Source: Eledone cirrhosa (lineage: Eukaryota). From it: a stretch of DNA of 64,000 bases. Below the pieces are notes generated by a model. It was not told the origin of the DNA. It saw only the letters and a list, made by a program, of their open reading frames with translations, and did not search any database. The position numbers and the translations under genes were made by a program. Shown here one piece after another: positions 1 through 14,300 of the stretch. Position 1 is the first letter of the stretch; every line of letters starts with the position of its first letter. The stretch covers positions 29,636,001 to 29,700,000 of the forward strand of contig OZ024745.1 in the NCBI GenBank assembly GCA_964016885.1. The letters are read 5' to 3'.

Positions 1-440
1 AGACACAGTACAGTGTCTTGGACACAGAGACAGTACAGTGTCTTGGACACAAGACACAGTACAGTGCCTTGGACATCGGCACAGTACAGTGTCTTGGACA
101 CAGACACAGTACAGTGTCTTGGACACAGGCACAGTACAGTGTCTTGGACACAGACACAGTACAGTGTCTTGGACACAGAGACAGTACAGTGGCTTGGACA
201 CAGACACAGTACAGTGTCTTGGACACAGACACAGTACAGTGTCTTGGACACAGAGATAGTACAGTCTCTTGGACACAGACACAGTACAGTGCCTTGGACA
301 AAAAAACAGTACAGTGTCTTGGACACAGGCACAGTACAGTGTCTTGGACACAGACACAGTACAGTGTCTTGGACACAGAGATAGTACAGTGTCTTGGACA
401 CAGACACAGTACAGTGCCTTGGACACAGAGACAGTGCAGT

Positions 441-803
441 AAATGGGGCTTGGATTTTATCCTTTTTATCAGACATAAAACAGAAGTTTGACTTATATTC
501 AGATCAGCTTATAATCGAGTATACAGTTATTTTGTAAATAATCAATAATTTTAGAAATTTAGTGAAATAAATAACCATATTAATAAGTAGATGTTTAGAA
601 CATAAAAATATTCTCCCATAACAACATTTGAGAGTTAACTATTAACATCCTCTAATGATTTAGTAGAAAATATCTAAAAATATAAAAATTTGCAGTAAAG
701 ATTATAATTTTCAATATGAGGCTGTCAAAATGTTTTCTACTTTTGAAGAATGTCTTGCGAATGAGGTTTAATGTAGTACAGATGATGAAGAGTTAAATGT
801 TCT
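441..803. repeat. 363-bp AT-rich island in the satellite, copy 1
   Basis: Non-satellite sequence AAATGGGGCTTGG...TTAAATGTTCT that recurs at 8018, 24246 and 26254. Confidence 0.95.
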
Positions 804-3800
804 GCACACAGACACAGTACAGTGCCTTGCACACAGAGACAGTACAGTCTCTTGGACACAGAGACAGTACAGTGTCTTGAACATAGACACAGTACAGTAC
901 CTTGGACACAGACACAGTACAGTGCCTTGGACACAGAGATAGTACAGCATCTTGGACACAGAGACAGTACAGTGTCTTGGACACCGAGACAGTACAGTGT
1001 CTTGGACACAGAGACAGTACAGTGTCTTGAACACAGACACAGTACAGTGCCTTGGACACCGAGACAGTACAGTATCTTGGACACAGAGACAGTACAGTGT
1101 CTTTAACACAGACACAGTACAGTGCCTTGGACACAGAGACAGTACAGTGTCTTGGACACAGAGACAGTATAGTGTCTTGGACACAGTACAGTGCAGTGTC
1201 TTGGACACACAGATAGTACAGTGTCTTGGATACAGACACAGTAGAGTGTCTTTGACACAGACACAGTACAGTGTCTTGGATACAGACACAGTACAGTGTC
1301 TTGAACACAGACACAGTACAATGTCTTGGACACAGACACAGTACAGTGTCTTGAACACAGACACAGTACAGTGTCTTGGACACAGAGACAGTACAGTGTC
1401 TTGACCACAGATACATTACAGTACCTTGGACACAGAGACAGTACAGTGCCTTGGACACAGAGATAGTACAGTGTCTTGGACACAGAGACAGTACAGTGTC
1501 TTGGATACAGACACAGTACAGTGCCTTGGACACAGACACAGTACAGTGTCTTGGACACAGAGATAGTACAGTGTCTTGGACACAGAGACAGTACAGAGAC
1601 TTGGACACAGAGACAGTACAGTGTCTTGGACACAGACACAGTACAGTGTCTTGGACACAGAGACAGTACAGAGTCTTTGACACAGACACAGTACAGTGTC
1701 TTGATCACAGAGACAGTACAGTGTCTTGGACATCGACACAGTTCAGTGTCTTGGACACAGACACAGTACAGTGTCTTGGACACAGAGACAGTACAGTGGC
1801 TTGGACACAGAGACAGTACAGTGTCTTGGACATAGAGACAGTACAGTGTCTCTGACACAGACACAGTACAGTGTCTTGGACACAACACAGTACAGTGTCT
1901 TGGACACAGAGACAGTACAGAGACTTGGAGACAGAGATAGTACAGTGTATTGGACACAGAGACAGTACAGAGACTTGGACACAGAGACAATACAGTGTCT
2001 TGGACACAGAGACAGTACAGAGACTTGGACACAGAGACAGTACAGTGTCTTGGACACAGACACAGCACAGTGTCTTGGACACAGAGACAGTACAGTGTCT
2101 TGGACACAGACACAGTACAGTGCCTTGGACAACGGCACAGTACAGTGTCTTGGACACAGACACAGTACAGTCTCTTGGACACAGACACAGTACAGTGTCT
2201 TGGACACAGACACAGTACAGTGTCTTGGACACAGAGACAGTACAGTGGCTTGGACACAGACACAGTACAGTGTCTTGGACACAGACACAGTTATGTGTCT
2301 TGGACACAGAGATAGTACAGTCACTTGGACACAGACACAATACAGTGCCTTGGACAAAAAAACAGTACAATGTCTTGGACACAGACAAAGTACAGTGCCT
2401 TGGACACAGACACAGTACAGTGTCTTGGACACAGAGACAGTACAGTGTCTTGGACACAGAGACAGTACAGTGTCTTGGATACAGACACAGTACAGTGCAT
2501 TGGACATCGACACAGTACAGTGTCTTGGACACAGACACAGTACAGTGTCTTGGACACTGAGATAGTACAGTGTCTTGGACACAGAGACAGTACAGAGACT
2601 TGGACACAGAGACAGTACAGTGTCTTGGACACAGACACAGTACAGTGTCTTGGACACAGAGACAGTACAGTGTCTTGGACACAGACACAGTACAGTGCCT
2701 TGGACATCGGCACAGTACAGTGTCTTGGACACAGACACAGTACAGTGTCTTGGACACAGGCACAGTACAGTGTCTTGGACACAGACACAGTACAGTGTCT
2801 TGGACACAGAGACAGTACAGTGGCTTGGACACAGACACAGTACAGTGTCTTGGACACAGACACAGTACAGTGTCTTGGACACAGAAATAGTACAGTCTCT
2901 TGGACACAGACACAGTACAGTGCCTTGGACAAAAAACAGTACAATATCTTGGACACAGACAAAGTACAGTGCCTTGGACACAGACACAGTACAGTGTCTT
3001 GGACACAGACACAGTACAGTGTCTTGAACACAGACACAGTACAGTGCCTTGGACACCGAGACAGTACAGTGTCTTGGACACAGAGACAGTACAGTGTCTT
3101 TAACACAGACACAGTACAGTGCCTTGGACACAGAGACAGTACAGTGTCTTGGACACAGAGACAGTATAGTGTCTTGGACACAGAGACAGTGCAGTGTCTT
3201 GGACACACAGATAGTACAGTGTCTTGGATACAGACACAGTACAGTGTCTTGGACACAGACACAGTACAGTATCTTGGATACAGACACAGTACAGTGTCTT
3301 GAACACAGACACAGTACAATGTCTTGGACACAGAGACAGTACAGTGTCTTGAACACAGACACAGTACAGTGCCTTGGACACAGAGACAGTACAGTGTCTT
3401 GGACACAGAGACAGTACAGTGTCTTGGACACAGAGACAGTACAGTGTCTTGGACACACAGATAGTACAGTGTCTTGGACACAGACACAGTACAGTGTCTT
3501 GGACAAAGACACAGTACAGTGTCTTGACCACACACACAGTACTGTACCTTGGACACAGACACAGTACAGTGCCTTGGACACAGAGATAGTACAGTGTCTT
3601 GGACACAGAGACAGTACAGTGTCTTGGACACAGAGACAGTACAGTGTCTTGGATACAGACACAGTACAGTGCCTTGGACAAAAAAACAGTACAATGTCTT
3701 GGACACAGACAAAGTAGAGTGCCTTGGACACAGACACAGTACAGTGTCTTTGACACAGAGACAGTACAGTGTCTTGGACACAGAGACAGTACAGTGTCTT

Positions 3801-6800
3801 GGATACAGACACAGTACAGTGCATTGGACATCGACACAGTACAGTGTCTTGGACACAGACACAGTACAGTGCCTTGGACACTGAGATAGTACAGTGTCTT
3901 GGACACAGAGACAGTACAGAGACTTGGACACAGAGACAGTACAGTGCCTTGGACAAAAAAACAGTACAATGTCTTGGACACAGACAAAGTACAGTGCCTT
4001 GGACACAGACACAGTACAGTGTCTTGGACACAGACACAGTACAGTGTCTTGGACACAGAGATAGTACAGTGTGTTGAACACAGAGACAGTACAGTGCCTT
4101 GGACACCGAGACAGTACAGTGTCTTGGACACAGAGACTGTACAGTGTCTTTAACACAGACACAGTACAGTGCCTTGGACACAGAGACAGTACAGTGTCTT
4201 GGACACAGAGACAGTATAGTGTCTTGGACACAGAGACAGTGCAGTGTCTTGGACACACAGATAGTACAGTGTCTTGGATACAGACACAGTACAGTGTCTT
4301 GAACACAGACACAGTACAATGTCTTGGACACAGACACAGTACAGTGTCTTGAACACAGACACAGTACAGTGTCTTGGACACAGAGACAGTACAGTGTCTT
4401 GATCACAGATACATTACAGTACCTTGGACACAGAGACAGTACAGTGCCTTGGACACAGAGATAGTACAGTGTCTTGGACACAGAGACAGTACAGTGTCTT
4501 GGACACAGAGACAGTACAGTGTCTTGGATACAGACACAGTACAGTGCCTTGGACACAGACACAGTACAGTGTCTTGGACACAGAGATAGTACAGTGTCTT
4601 GGACACAGAGACAGTACAGAGACTTGGACACAGAGACAGTACAGAGTCTTGGACACAGACACAGTACAGTGTCTTGATCACAGAGACAGTACAGTGTCTT
4701 GGACATCGACACAGTACAGTGTCTTGGACACAGACACAGTACAGTGTCTTGGACACAGAGACAGTACAGTGGCTTGGACACAGAGACAGTACAGTGTCTT
4801 GGACATAGAGACAGTACAGTGTCTTGGACACAGACACAGTACAGTGTCTTGGACACAACACAGTACAGTGTCTTGGACACAGAGACAGTACAGAGTCTTG
4901 GAGACAGAGATAGTACAGTGTCTTGGACACAGAGACAGTACAGAGACTTGGACACAGAGACAGTACAGTGTCTTGGACACAGAGATAGTACAGAGACTTG
5001 GACACAGAGACAGTACAGTGTCTTGGACACAGACACAGCACAGTGTCTTGGACACAGAGACAGTACAGTGTCTTGGACACAGACACAGTACAGTGCCTTG
5101 GACAACGGCACAGTACAGTGTCTTGGACACAGACACAGTACAGTCTCTTGGACACAGACACAGTACAGTGTCTTGGACACAGACACAGTACAGTGTCTTG
5201 GACACAGAGACAGTACAGTGGCTTGGACACAGAGACAGTACAGTGTCTTGGACACAGACACAGTTATGTGTCTTGGACACAGAGATAGTACAGTCACTTG
5301 GACACAGACACAGTACAGTGCCTTGGACAAAAAAACATTACAATGTCTTGGACACAGAGACAGTACAGTGGCTTGGACACAGAGACAGTACAGTGTCTTG
5401 GACATAGAGACAGTACAGTGTCTTGGACACAGACACAGTACAGTGTCTTGGACACAACACAGTACAGTGTCTTGGACACAGAGACAGTACAGAGTCTTGG
5501 AGACAGAGATAGTACAGTGTCTTGGACACAGAGACAGTACAGAGACTTGGACAAAGAGACAGTACAGTGTCTTGGACACAGAGACAGTACAGAGACTTGG
5601 ACACAGAGACAGTACAGTGTCTTGGACACAGACACAGCACAGTGTCTTGGACACAGAGACAGTACAGTGTCTTGGACACAGACACAGTACAGTGCCTTGG
5701 ACAACGGCACAGTACAGTGTCTTGGACACAGACACAGTACAGTCTCTTGGACACAGACACAGTACAGTGCCTTGCACACAGAGACAGTACAGTCTCTTGG
5801 ACACAGAGACAGTACAGTGTCTTGAACATAGACACAGTACAGTACCTTGGACACAGACACAGTACAGTGCCTTGGACACAGAGATAGTACAGCATCTTGG
5901 ACACAGAGACAGTACAGTGTCTTGGACACCGAGACAGTACAGTGTCTTGGACACAGAGACAGTACAGTGTCTTGAACACAGACACAGTACAGTGCCTTGG
6001 AAACCGAGACAGTACAGTGTCTTGGACACAGAGACAGTACAGTGTCTTTAACACAGACACAGTACAGTGCCTTGGACACAGAGACAGTACAGTGTCTTGG
6101 ACACAGAGACAGTGCAGTGTCTTGGACACACAGATAGTACAGTGTCTTGGATACAGACACAGTACAGTGTCTTGGACACAGACACAGTACAGTGTCTTGG
6201 ATACAGACACAGTACAGTGTCTTGAACACAGACACAGTACAATGTCTTGGACACAGACACAGTACAGTGTCTTGAACACAGACACAGTACAGTGTCTTGG
6301 ACACAGAGACAGTACAGTGTCTTGACCACAGATACATTACAGTACCTTGGACACAGATACAGTACAGTGCCTTGGACACAGAGATAGTACAGTGTCTTGG
6401 ACACAGAGACAGTACAGTGTCTTGGACACAGAGACAGTACAGTGTCTTGGATACAGACACAGTACAATGCCTTGGACACAGACACAGTACAGTGTCTTGA
6501 ACACAGAGATAGTACAGTGTCTTGGACACAGAGACAGTACAGAGACTTGGACACAGAGACAGTACAGTGTCTTGGACACAGACACAGTACAGTGTCTTGG
6601 ACACAGAGACAGTACAGAGTCTTGGACACAGACACAGTACAGTGTCTTGATCACAGAGACAGTACAGTGTCTTGGACATCGACACAGTACAGTGTCTTGG
6701 ACACAGACACAGTACAGTGTCTTGGACAGAGAGACAGTACAGTGGCTTGGACACAGAGACAGTACAGTGTCTTGGACATAGAGACAGTACAGTGTCTTGG

Positions 6801-8017
6801 ACACAGACACAGTACAGTGTCTTGGACACAACACAGTACAGTGTCTTGGACACAGAGACAGTACAGAGTCTTGGAGACAGAGATAGTACAGTGTCTTGGA
6901 CACAGAGACAGTACAGAGACTTGGACACAGAGACAGTACAGTGTCTTGGACACAGAGACAGTACAGAGACTTGGACACAGAGACAGTACAGTGTCTTGGA
7001 CACAGACACAGCACAGTGTCTTGGACACAGAGACAGTACAGTGTCTTGGACACAGACACAGTACAGTGCCTTGGACAACGGCACAGTACAGTGTCTTGGA
7101 CACAGACACAGTACAGTCTCTTGGACACAGACACAGTACAGTGTCTTGGACACAGACACAGTACAGTGTCTTGGACACAGAGACAGTACAGTGTCTTGGA
7201 CACAGACACAGTACAGTGTCTTGGACACAGACACAGTTATGTGTCTTGGACACAGAGATAGTACAGTCACTTGGACACAAACACAGTACAGTGCCTTGGA
7301 AAAAAAACAGTACAATGTCTTGGACACAGACAAAGTACAGTGCCTTGGACACAGACACAGTACAGTGTCTTGGACACAGAGACAGTACAGTGTCTTGGAC
7401 ACAGAGACAGTACAGTGTCTTGGATACAGACACAGTACAGTGCATTGGACATCGACACAGTACAGTGTCTTGGACACAGACACAGTACAGTGTCTTGGAC
7501 ACTGAGATAGTACAGTGTCTTGGACACAGAGACAGTAGAGAGACTTGGACACAGAGACAGTACAGTGTCTTGGACACAGACACAGTACAGTGTCTTGGAC
7601 ACAGAGACAGTACAGTGTCTTGGACACAAGACACAGTACAGTGCCTTGGACATCGGCACAGTACAGTGTCTTGGACACAGACACAGTACAGTGTCTTGGA
7701 CACAGGCACAGTACAGTGTCTTGGACACAGACACAGTACAGTGTCTTGGACACAGAGACAGTACAGTGGCTTGGACACAGACACAGTACAGTGTCTTGGA
7801 CACAGACACAGTACAGTGTCTTGGACACAGAGATAGTACAGTCTCTTGGACACAGACACAGTACAGTGCCTTGGACAAAAAAACAGTACAGTGTCTTGGA
7901 CACAGGCACAGTACAGTGTCTTGGACACAGACACAGTACAGTGTCTTGGACACAGAGATAGTACAGTGTCTTGGACACAGACACAGTACAGTGCCTTGGA
8001 CACAGAGACAGTGCAGT

Positions 8018-8380
8018 AAATGGGGCTTGGATTTTATCCTTTTTATCAGACATAAAACAGAAGTTTGACTTATATTCAGATCAGCTTATAATCGAGTATA
8101 CAGTTATTTTGTAAATAATCAATAATTTTAGAAATTTAGTGAAATAAATAACCATATTAATAAGTAGATGTTTAGAACATAAAAATATTCTCCCATAACA
8201 ACATTTGAGAGTTAACTATTAACATCCTCTAATGATTTAGTAGAAAATATCTAAAAATATAAAAATTTGCAGTAAAGATTATAATTTTCAATATGAGGCT
8301 GTCAAAATGTTTTCTACTTTTGAAGAATGTCTTGCGAATGAGGTTTAATGTAGTACAGATGATGAAGAGTTAAATGTTCT
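8018..8380. repeat. 363-bp island, copy 2
   Basis: Identical by eye to copy 1 at an offset of 7,577. Confidence 0.95.
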
Positions 8381-11300
8381 GCACACAGACACAGTACAGT
8401 GCTTTGCACACAGAGACAGTACAGTCTCTTGGACACAGAGACAGTACAGTGTCTTGAACATAGACACAGTACAGTACCTTGGACACAGACACAGTACAGT
8501 GCCTTGGACACAGAGATAGTACAGCATCTTGGACACAGAGACAGTACAGTGTCTTGGACACCGAGACAGTACAGTGTCTTGGACACAGAGACAGTACAGT
8601 GTCTTGAACACAGACACAGTACAGTGCCTTGGACACCGAGACAGTACAGTATCTTGGACACAGAGACAGTACAGTGTCTTTAACACAGACACAGTACAGT
8701 GCCTTGGACACAGAGACAGTACAGTGTCTTGGACACAGAGACAGTATAGTGTCTTGGACACAGTACAGTGCAGTGTCTTGGACACACAGATAGTACAGTG
8801 TCTTGGATACAGACACAGTAGAGTGTCTTTGACACAGACACAGTACAGTGTCTTGGATACAGACACAGTACAGTGTCTTGAACACAGACACAGTACAATG
8901 TCTTGGACACAGACACAGTACAGTGTCTTGAACACAGACACAGTACAGTGTCTTGGACACAGAGACAGTACAGTGTCTTGACCACAGATACATTACAGTA
9001 CCTTGGACACAGAGACAGTACAGTGCCTTGGACACAGAGATAGTACAGTGTCTTGGACACAGAGACAGTACAGTGTCTTGGATACAGACACAGTACAGTG
9101 CCTTGGACACAGACACAGTACAGTGTCTTGGACACAGAGATAGTACAGTGTCTTGGACACAGAGACAGTACAGAGACTTGGACACAGAGACAGTACAGTG
9201 TCTTGGACACAGACACAGTACAGTGTCTTGGACACAGAGACAGTACAGAGTCTTTGACACAGACACAGTACAGTGTCTTGATCACAGAGACAGTACAGTG
9301 TCTTGGACATCGACACAGTTCAGTGTCTTGGACACAGACACAGTACAGTGTCTTGGACACAGAGACAGTACAGTGGCTTGGACACAGAGACAGTACAGTG
9401 TCTTGGACATAGAGACAGTACAGTGTCTCTGACACAGACACAGTACAGTGTCTTGGACACAACACAGTACAGTGTCTTGGACACAGAGACAGTACAGAGA
9501 CTTGGAGACAGAGATAGTACAGTGTATTGGACACAGAGACAGTACAGAGACTTGGACACAGAGACAATACAGTGTCTTGGACACAGAGACAGTACAGAGA
9601 CTTGGACACAGAGACAGTACAGTGTCTTGGACACAGACACAGCACAGTGTCTTGGACACAGAGACAGTACAGTGTCTTGGACACAGACACAGTACAGTGC
9701 CTTGGACAACGGCACAGTACAGTGTCTTGGACACAGACACAGTACAGTCTCTTGGACACAGACACAGTACAGTGTCTTGGACACAGACACAGTACAGTGT
9801 CTTGGACACAGAGACAGTACAGTGGCTTGGACACAGACACAGTACAGTGTCTTGGACACAGACACAGTTATGTGTCTTGGACACAGAGATAGTACAGTCA
9901 CTTGGACACAGACACAATACAGTGCCTTGGACAAAAAAACAGTACAATGTCTTGGACACAGACAAAGTACAGTGCCTTGGACACAGACACAGTACAGTGT
10001 CTTGGACACAGAGACAGTACAGTGTCTTGGACACAGAGACAGTACAGTGTCTTGGATACAGACACAGTACAGTGCATTGGACATCGACACAGTACAGTGT
10101 CTTGGACACAGACACAGTACAGTGTCTTGGACACTGAGATAGTACAGTGTCTTGGACACAGAGACAGTACAGAGACTTGGACACAGAGACAGTACAGTGT
10201 CTTGGACACAGACACAGTACAGTGTCTTGGACACAGAGACAGTACAGTGTCTTGGACACAGACACAGTACAGTGCCTTGGACATCGGCACAGTACAGTGT
10301 CTTGGACACAGACACAGTACAGTGTCTTGGACACAGGCACAGTACAGTGTCTTGGACACAGACACAGTACAGTGTCTTGGACACAGAGACAGTACAGTGG
10401 CTTGGACACAGACACAGTACAGTGTCTTGGACACAGACACAGTACAGTGTCTTGGACACAGAAATAGTACAGTCTCTTGGACACAGACACAGTACAGTGC
10501 CTTGGACAAAAAACAGTACAATATCTTGGACACAGACAAAGTACAGTGCCTTGGACACAGACACAGTACAGTGTCTTGGACACAGACACAGTACAGTGTC
10601 TTGAACACAGACACAGTACAGTGCCTTGGACACCGAGACAGTACAGTGTCTTGGACACAGAGACAGTACAGTGTCTTTAACACAGACACAGTACAGTGCC
10701 TTGGACACAGAGACAGTACAGTGTCTTGGACACAGAGACAGTATAGTGTCTTGGACACAGAGACAGTGCAGTGTCTTGGACACACAGATAGTACAGTGTC
10801 TTGGATACAGACACAGTACAGTGTCTTGGACACAGACACAGTACAGTATCTTGGATACAGACACAGTACAGTGTCTTGAACACAGACACAGTACAATGTC
10901 TTGGACACAGAGACAGTACAGTGTCTTGAACACAGACACAGTACAGTGCCTTGGACACAGAGACAGTACAGTGTCTTGGACACAGAGACAGTACAGTGTC
11001 TTGGACACAGAGACAGTACAGTGTCTTGGACACACAGATAGTACAGTGTCTTGGACACAGACACAGTACAGTGTCTTGGACAAAGACACAGTACAGTGTC
11101 TTGACCACACACACAGTACTGTACCTTGGACACAGACACAGTACAGTGCCTTGGACACAGAGATAGTACAGTGTCTTGGACACAGAGACAGTACAGTGTC
11201 TTGGACACAGAGACAGTACAGTGTCTTGGATACAGACACAGTACAGTGCCTTGGACAAAAAAACAGTACAATGTCTTGGACACAGACAAAGTAGAGTGCC

Positions 11301-14300
11301 TTGGACACAGACACAGTACAGTGTCTTTGACACAGAGACAGTACAGTGTCTTGGACACAGAGACAGTACAGTGTCTTGGATACAGACACAGTACAGTGCA
11401 TTGGACATCGACACAGTACAGTGTCTTGGACACAGACACAGTACAGTGCCTTGGACACTGAGATAGTACAGTGTCTTGGACACAGAGACAGTACAGAGAC
11501 TTGGACACAGAGACAGTACAGTGCCTTGGACAAAAAAACAGTACAATGTCTTGGACACAGACAAAGTACAGTGCCTTGGACACAGACACAGTACAGTGTC
11601 TTGGACACAGACACAGTACAGTGTCTTGGACACAGAGATAGTACAGTGTGTTGAACACAGAGACAGTACAGTGCCTTGGACACCGAGACAGTACAGTGTC
11701 TTGGACACAGAGACTGTACAGTGTCTTTAACACAGACACAGTACAGTGCCTTGGACACAGAGACAGTACAGTGTCTTGGACACAGAGACAGTATAGTGTC
11801 TTGGACACAGAGACAGTGCAGTGTCTTGGACACACAGATAGTACAGTGTCTTGGATACAGACACAGTACAGTGTCTTGAACACAGACACAGTACAATGTC
11901 TTGGACACAGACACAGTACAGTGTCTTGAACACAGACACAGTACAGTGTCTTGGACACAGAGACAGTACAGTGTCTTGATCACAGATACATTACAGTACC
12001 TTGGACACAGAGACAGTACAGTGCCTTGGACACAGAGATAGTACAGTGTCTTGGACACAGAGACAGTACAGTGTCTTGGACACAGAGACAGTACAGTGTC
12101 TTGGATACAGACACAGTACAGTGCCTTGGACACAGACACAGTACAGTGTCTTGGACACAGAGATAGTACAGTGTCTTGGACACAGAGACAGTACAGAGAC
12201 TTGGACACAGAGACAGTACAGAGTCTTGGACACAGACACAGTACAGTGTCTTGATCACAGAGACAGTACAGTGTCTTGGACATCGACACAGTACAGTGTC
12301 TTGGACACAGACACAGTACAGTGTCTTGGACACAGAGACAGTACAGTGGCTTGGACACAGAGACAGTACAGTGTCTTGGACATAGAGACAGTACAGTGTC
12401 TTGGACACAGACACAGTACAGTGTCTTGGACACAACACAGTACAGTGTCTTGGACACAGAGACAGTACAGAGTCTTGGAGACAGAGATAGTACAGTGTCT
12501 TGGACACAGAGACAGTACAGAGACTTGGACACAGAGACAGTACAGTGTCTTGGACACAGAGATAGTACAGAGACTTGGACACAGAGACAGTACAGTGTCT
12601 TGGACACAGACACAGCACAGTGTCTTGGACACAGAGACAGTACAGTGTCTTGGACACAGACACAGTACAGTGCCTTGGACAACGGCACAGTACAGTGTCT
12701 TGGACACAGACACAGTACAGTCTCTTGGACACAGACACAGTACAGTGTCTTGGACACAGACACAGTACAGTGTCTTGGACACAGAGACAGTACAGTGGCT
12801 TGGACACAGAGACAGTACAGTGTCTTGGACACAGACACAGTTATGTGTCTTGGACACAGAGATAGTACAGTCACTTGGACACAGACACAGTACAGTGCCT
12901 TGGACAAAAAAACATTACAATGTCTTGGACACAGAGACAGTACAGTGGCTTGGACACAGAGACAGTACAGTGTCTTGGACATAGAGACAGTACAGTGTCT
13001 TGGACACAGACACAGTACAGTGTCTTGGACACAACACAGTACAGTGTCTTGGACACAGAGACAGTACAGAGTCTTGGAGACAGAGATAGTACAGTGTCTT
13101 GGACACAGAGACAGTACAGAGACTTGGACAAAGAGACAGTACAGTGTCTTGGACACAGAGACAGTACAGAGACTTGGACACAGAGACAGTACAGTGTCTT
13201 GGACACAGACACAGCACAGTGTCTTGGACACAGAGACAGTACAGTGTCTTGGACACAGACACAGTACAGTGCCTTGGACAACGGCACAGTACAGTGTCTT
13301 GGACACAGACACAGTACAGTCTCTTGGACACAGACACAGTACAGTGTCTTGGACACAGACACAGTACAGTGTCTTGGACACAGAGACAGTACAGAGACTT
13401 GGACACAGAGACAGTACAGAGACTTGGACACAGAGACAGTACAGTGTCTTGGACACAGAGACAGTACAGTGTCTTGACCACAGACACAGTACTGTACCTT
13501 GGACACAGACACAGTACAGTGCCTTGGACACAGAGATAGTACAGTGTCTTGGACACAGAGACAGTACAGTGCATTGGACATCGACACAGTACAGTGTCTT
13601 GGACACAGACACAGTACAGTGTGTTGGACACTGAGATAGTACAGTGTCTTGGACACAGAGACAGTACAGAGACTTGGACACAGAGACAGTACAGTGTCTT
13701 GGACACAGACACACTACAGTGTCTTGGACACAGACACAGTACAGTGTCTTCGACACAGAGACAGTACAGTGTCTTGGACACAGACACAGTACAGTGCCTT
13801 GGACATCGGCACAGTACAGTGTCTTGGACACAGACACAGAACAGTGTCTTGGACACAGACACAGTACAGTGTCTTGGACACAGGCACAGTACAGTGTCTT
13901 GGACACAGACACAGTACAGTGTATTGGACACAGAGACAGTACAGTGTCTTGGATACAGACACAGTACAGTGTCTTGGACACAGACACAGTACAGTGTCTT
14001 GGACACAGACACAGTACAGTTTCTTGGATACAGACACAGTACAGTGTCTTGGATACAGACACAGTACAGTGTCTTGGACACAGACACAGTACAGTGTCTT
14101 GGACACAGAGACAGTACAGTGTCTTGGATACAGAGACTGTACAGTGTCTTGGACACAGACACAGTACAGTGTCTTGGACACAGAGACAGTACAGTGTCTT
14201 GGACACAGACACAGTATAGTGTCTTGGACACAGACACAGTACAGTGTCTTGGATACAGAGACAGTACAGTTTCTTGGATACAGACACAGTAGAGTGTCTT

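Noticed and set aside
441-803. Islands as duplicated chitinase exons
   Set aside because: AT-rich, with no GH18 C-terminal or chitin-binding motif recognisable on the minus strand.
435-807. Island as a TIR transposon (GTGCAG...CTGCAC ends)
   Set aside because: Only 6 bp match perfectly, they derive partly from satellite monomers, and no TSD is evident.
2911-2937. V(D)J RSS-like motif CACAGTA-11 bp-ACAAAAAAC (also near 280-306 and other A-run variants)
   Set aside because: Heptamer and nonamer are both imperfect, the spacer is 11 bp, it arises from a minor A-run variant of the monomer, and no RAG or Transib sequence is present. Most likely coincidence.
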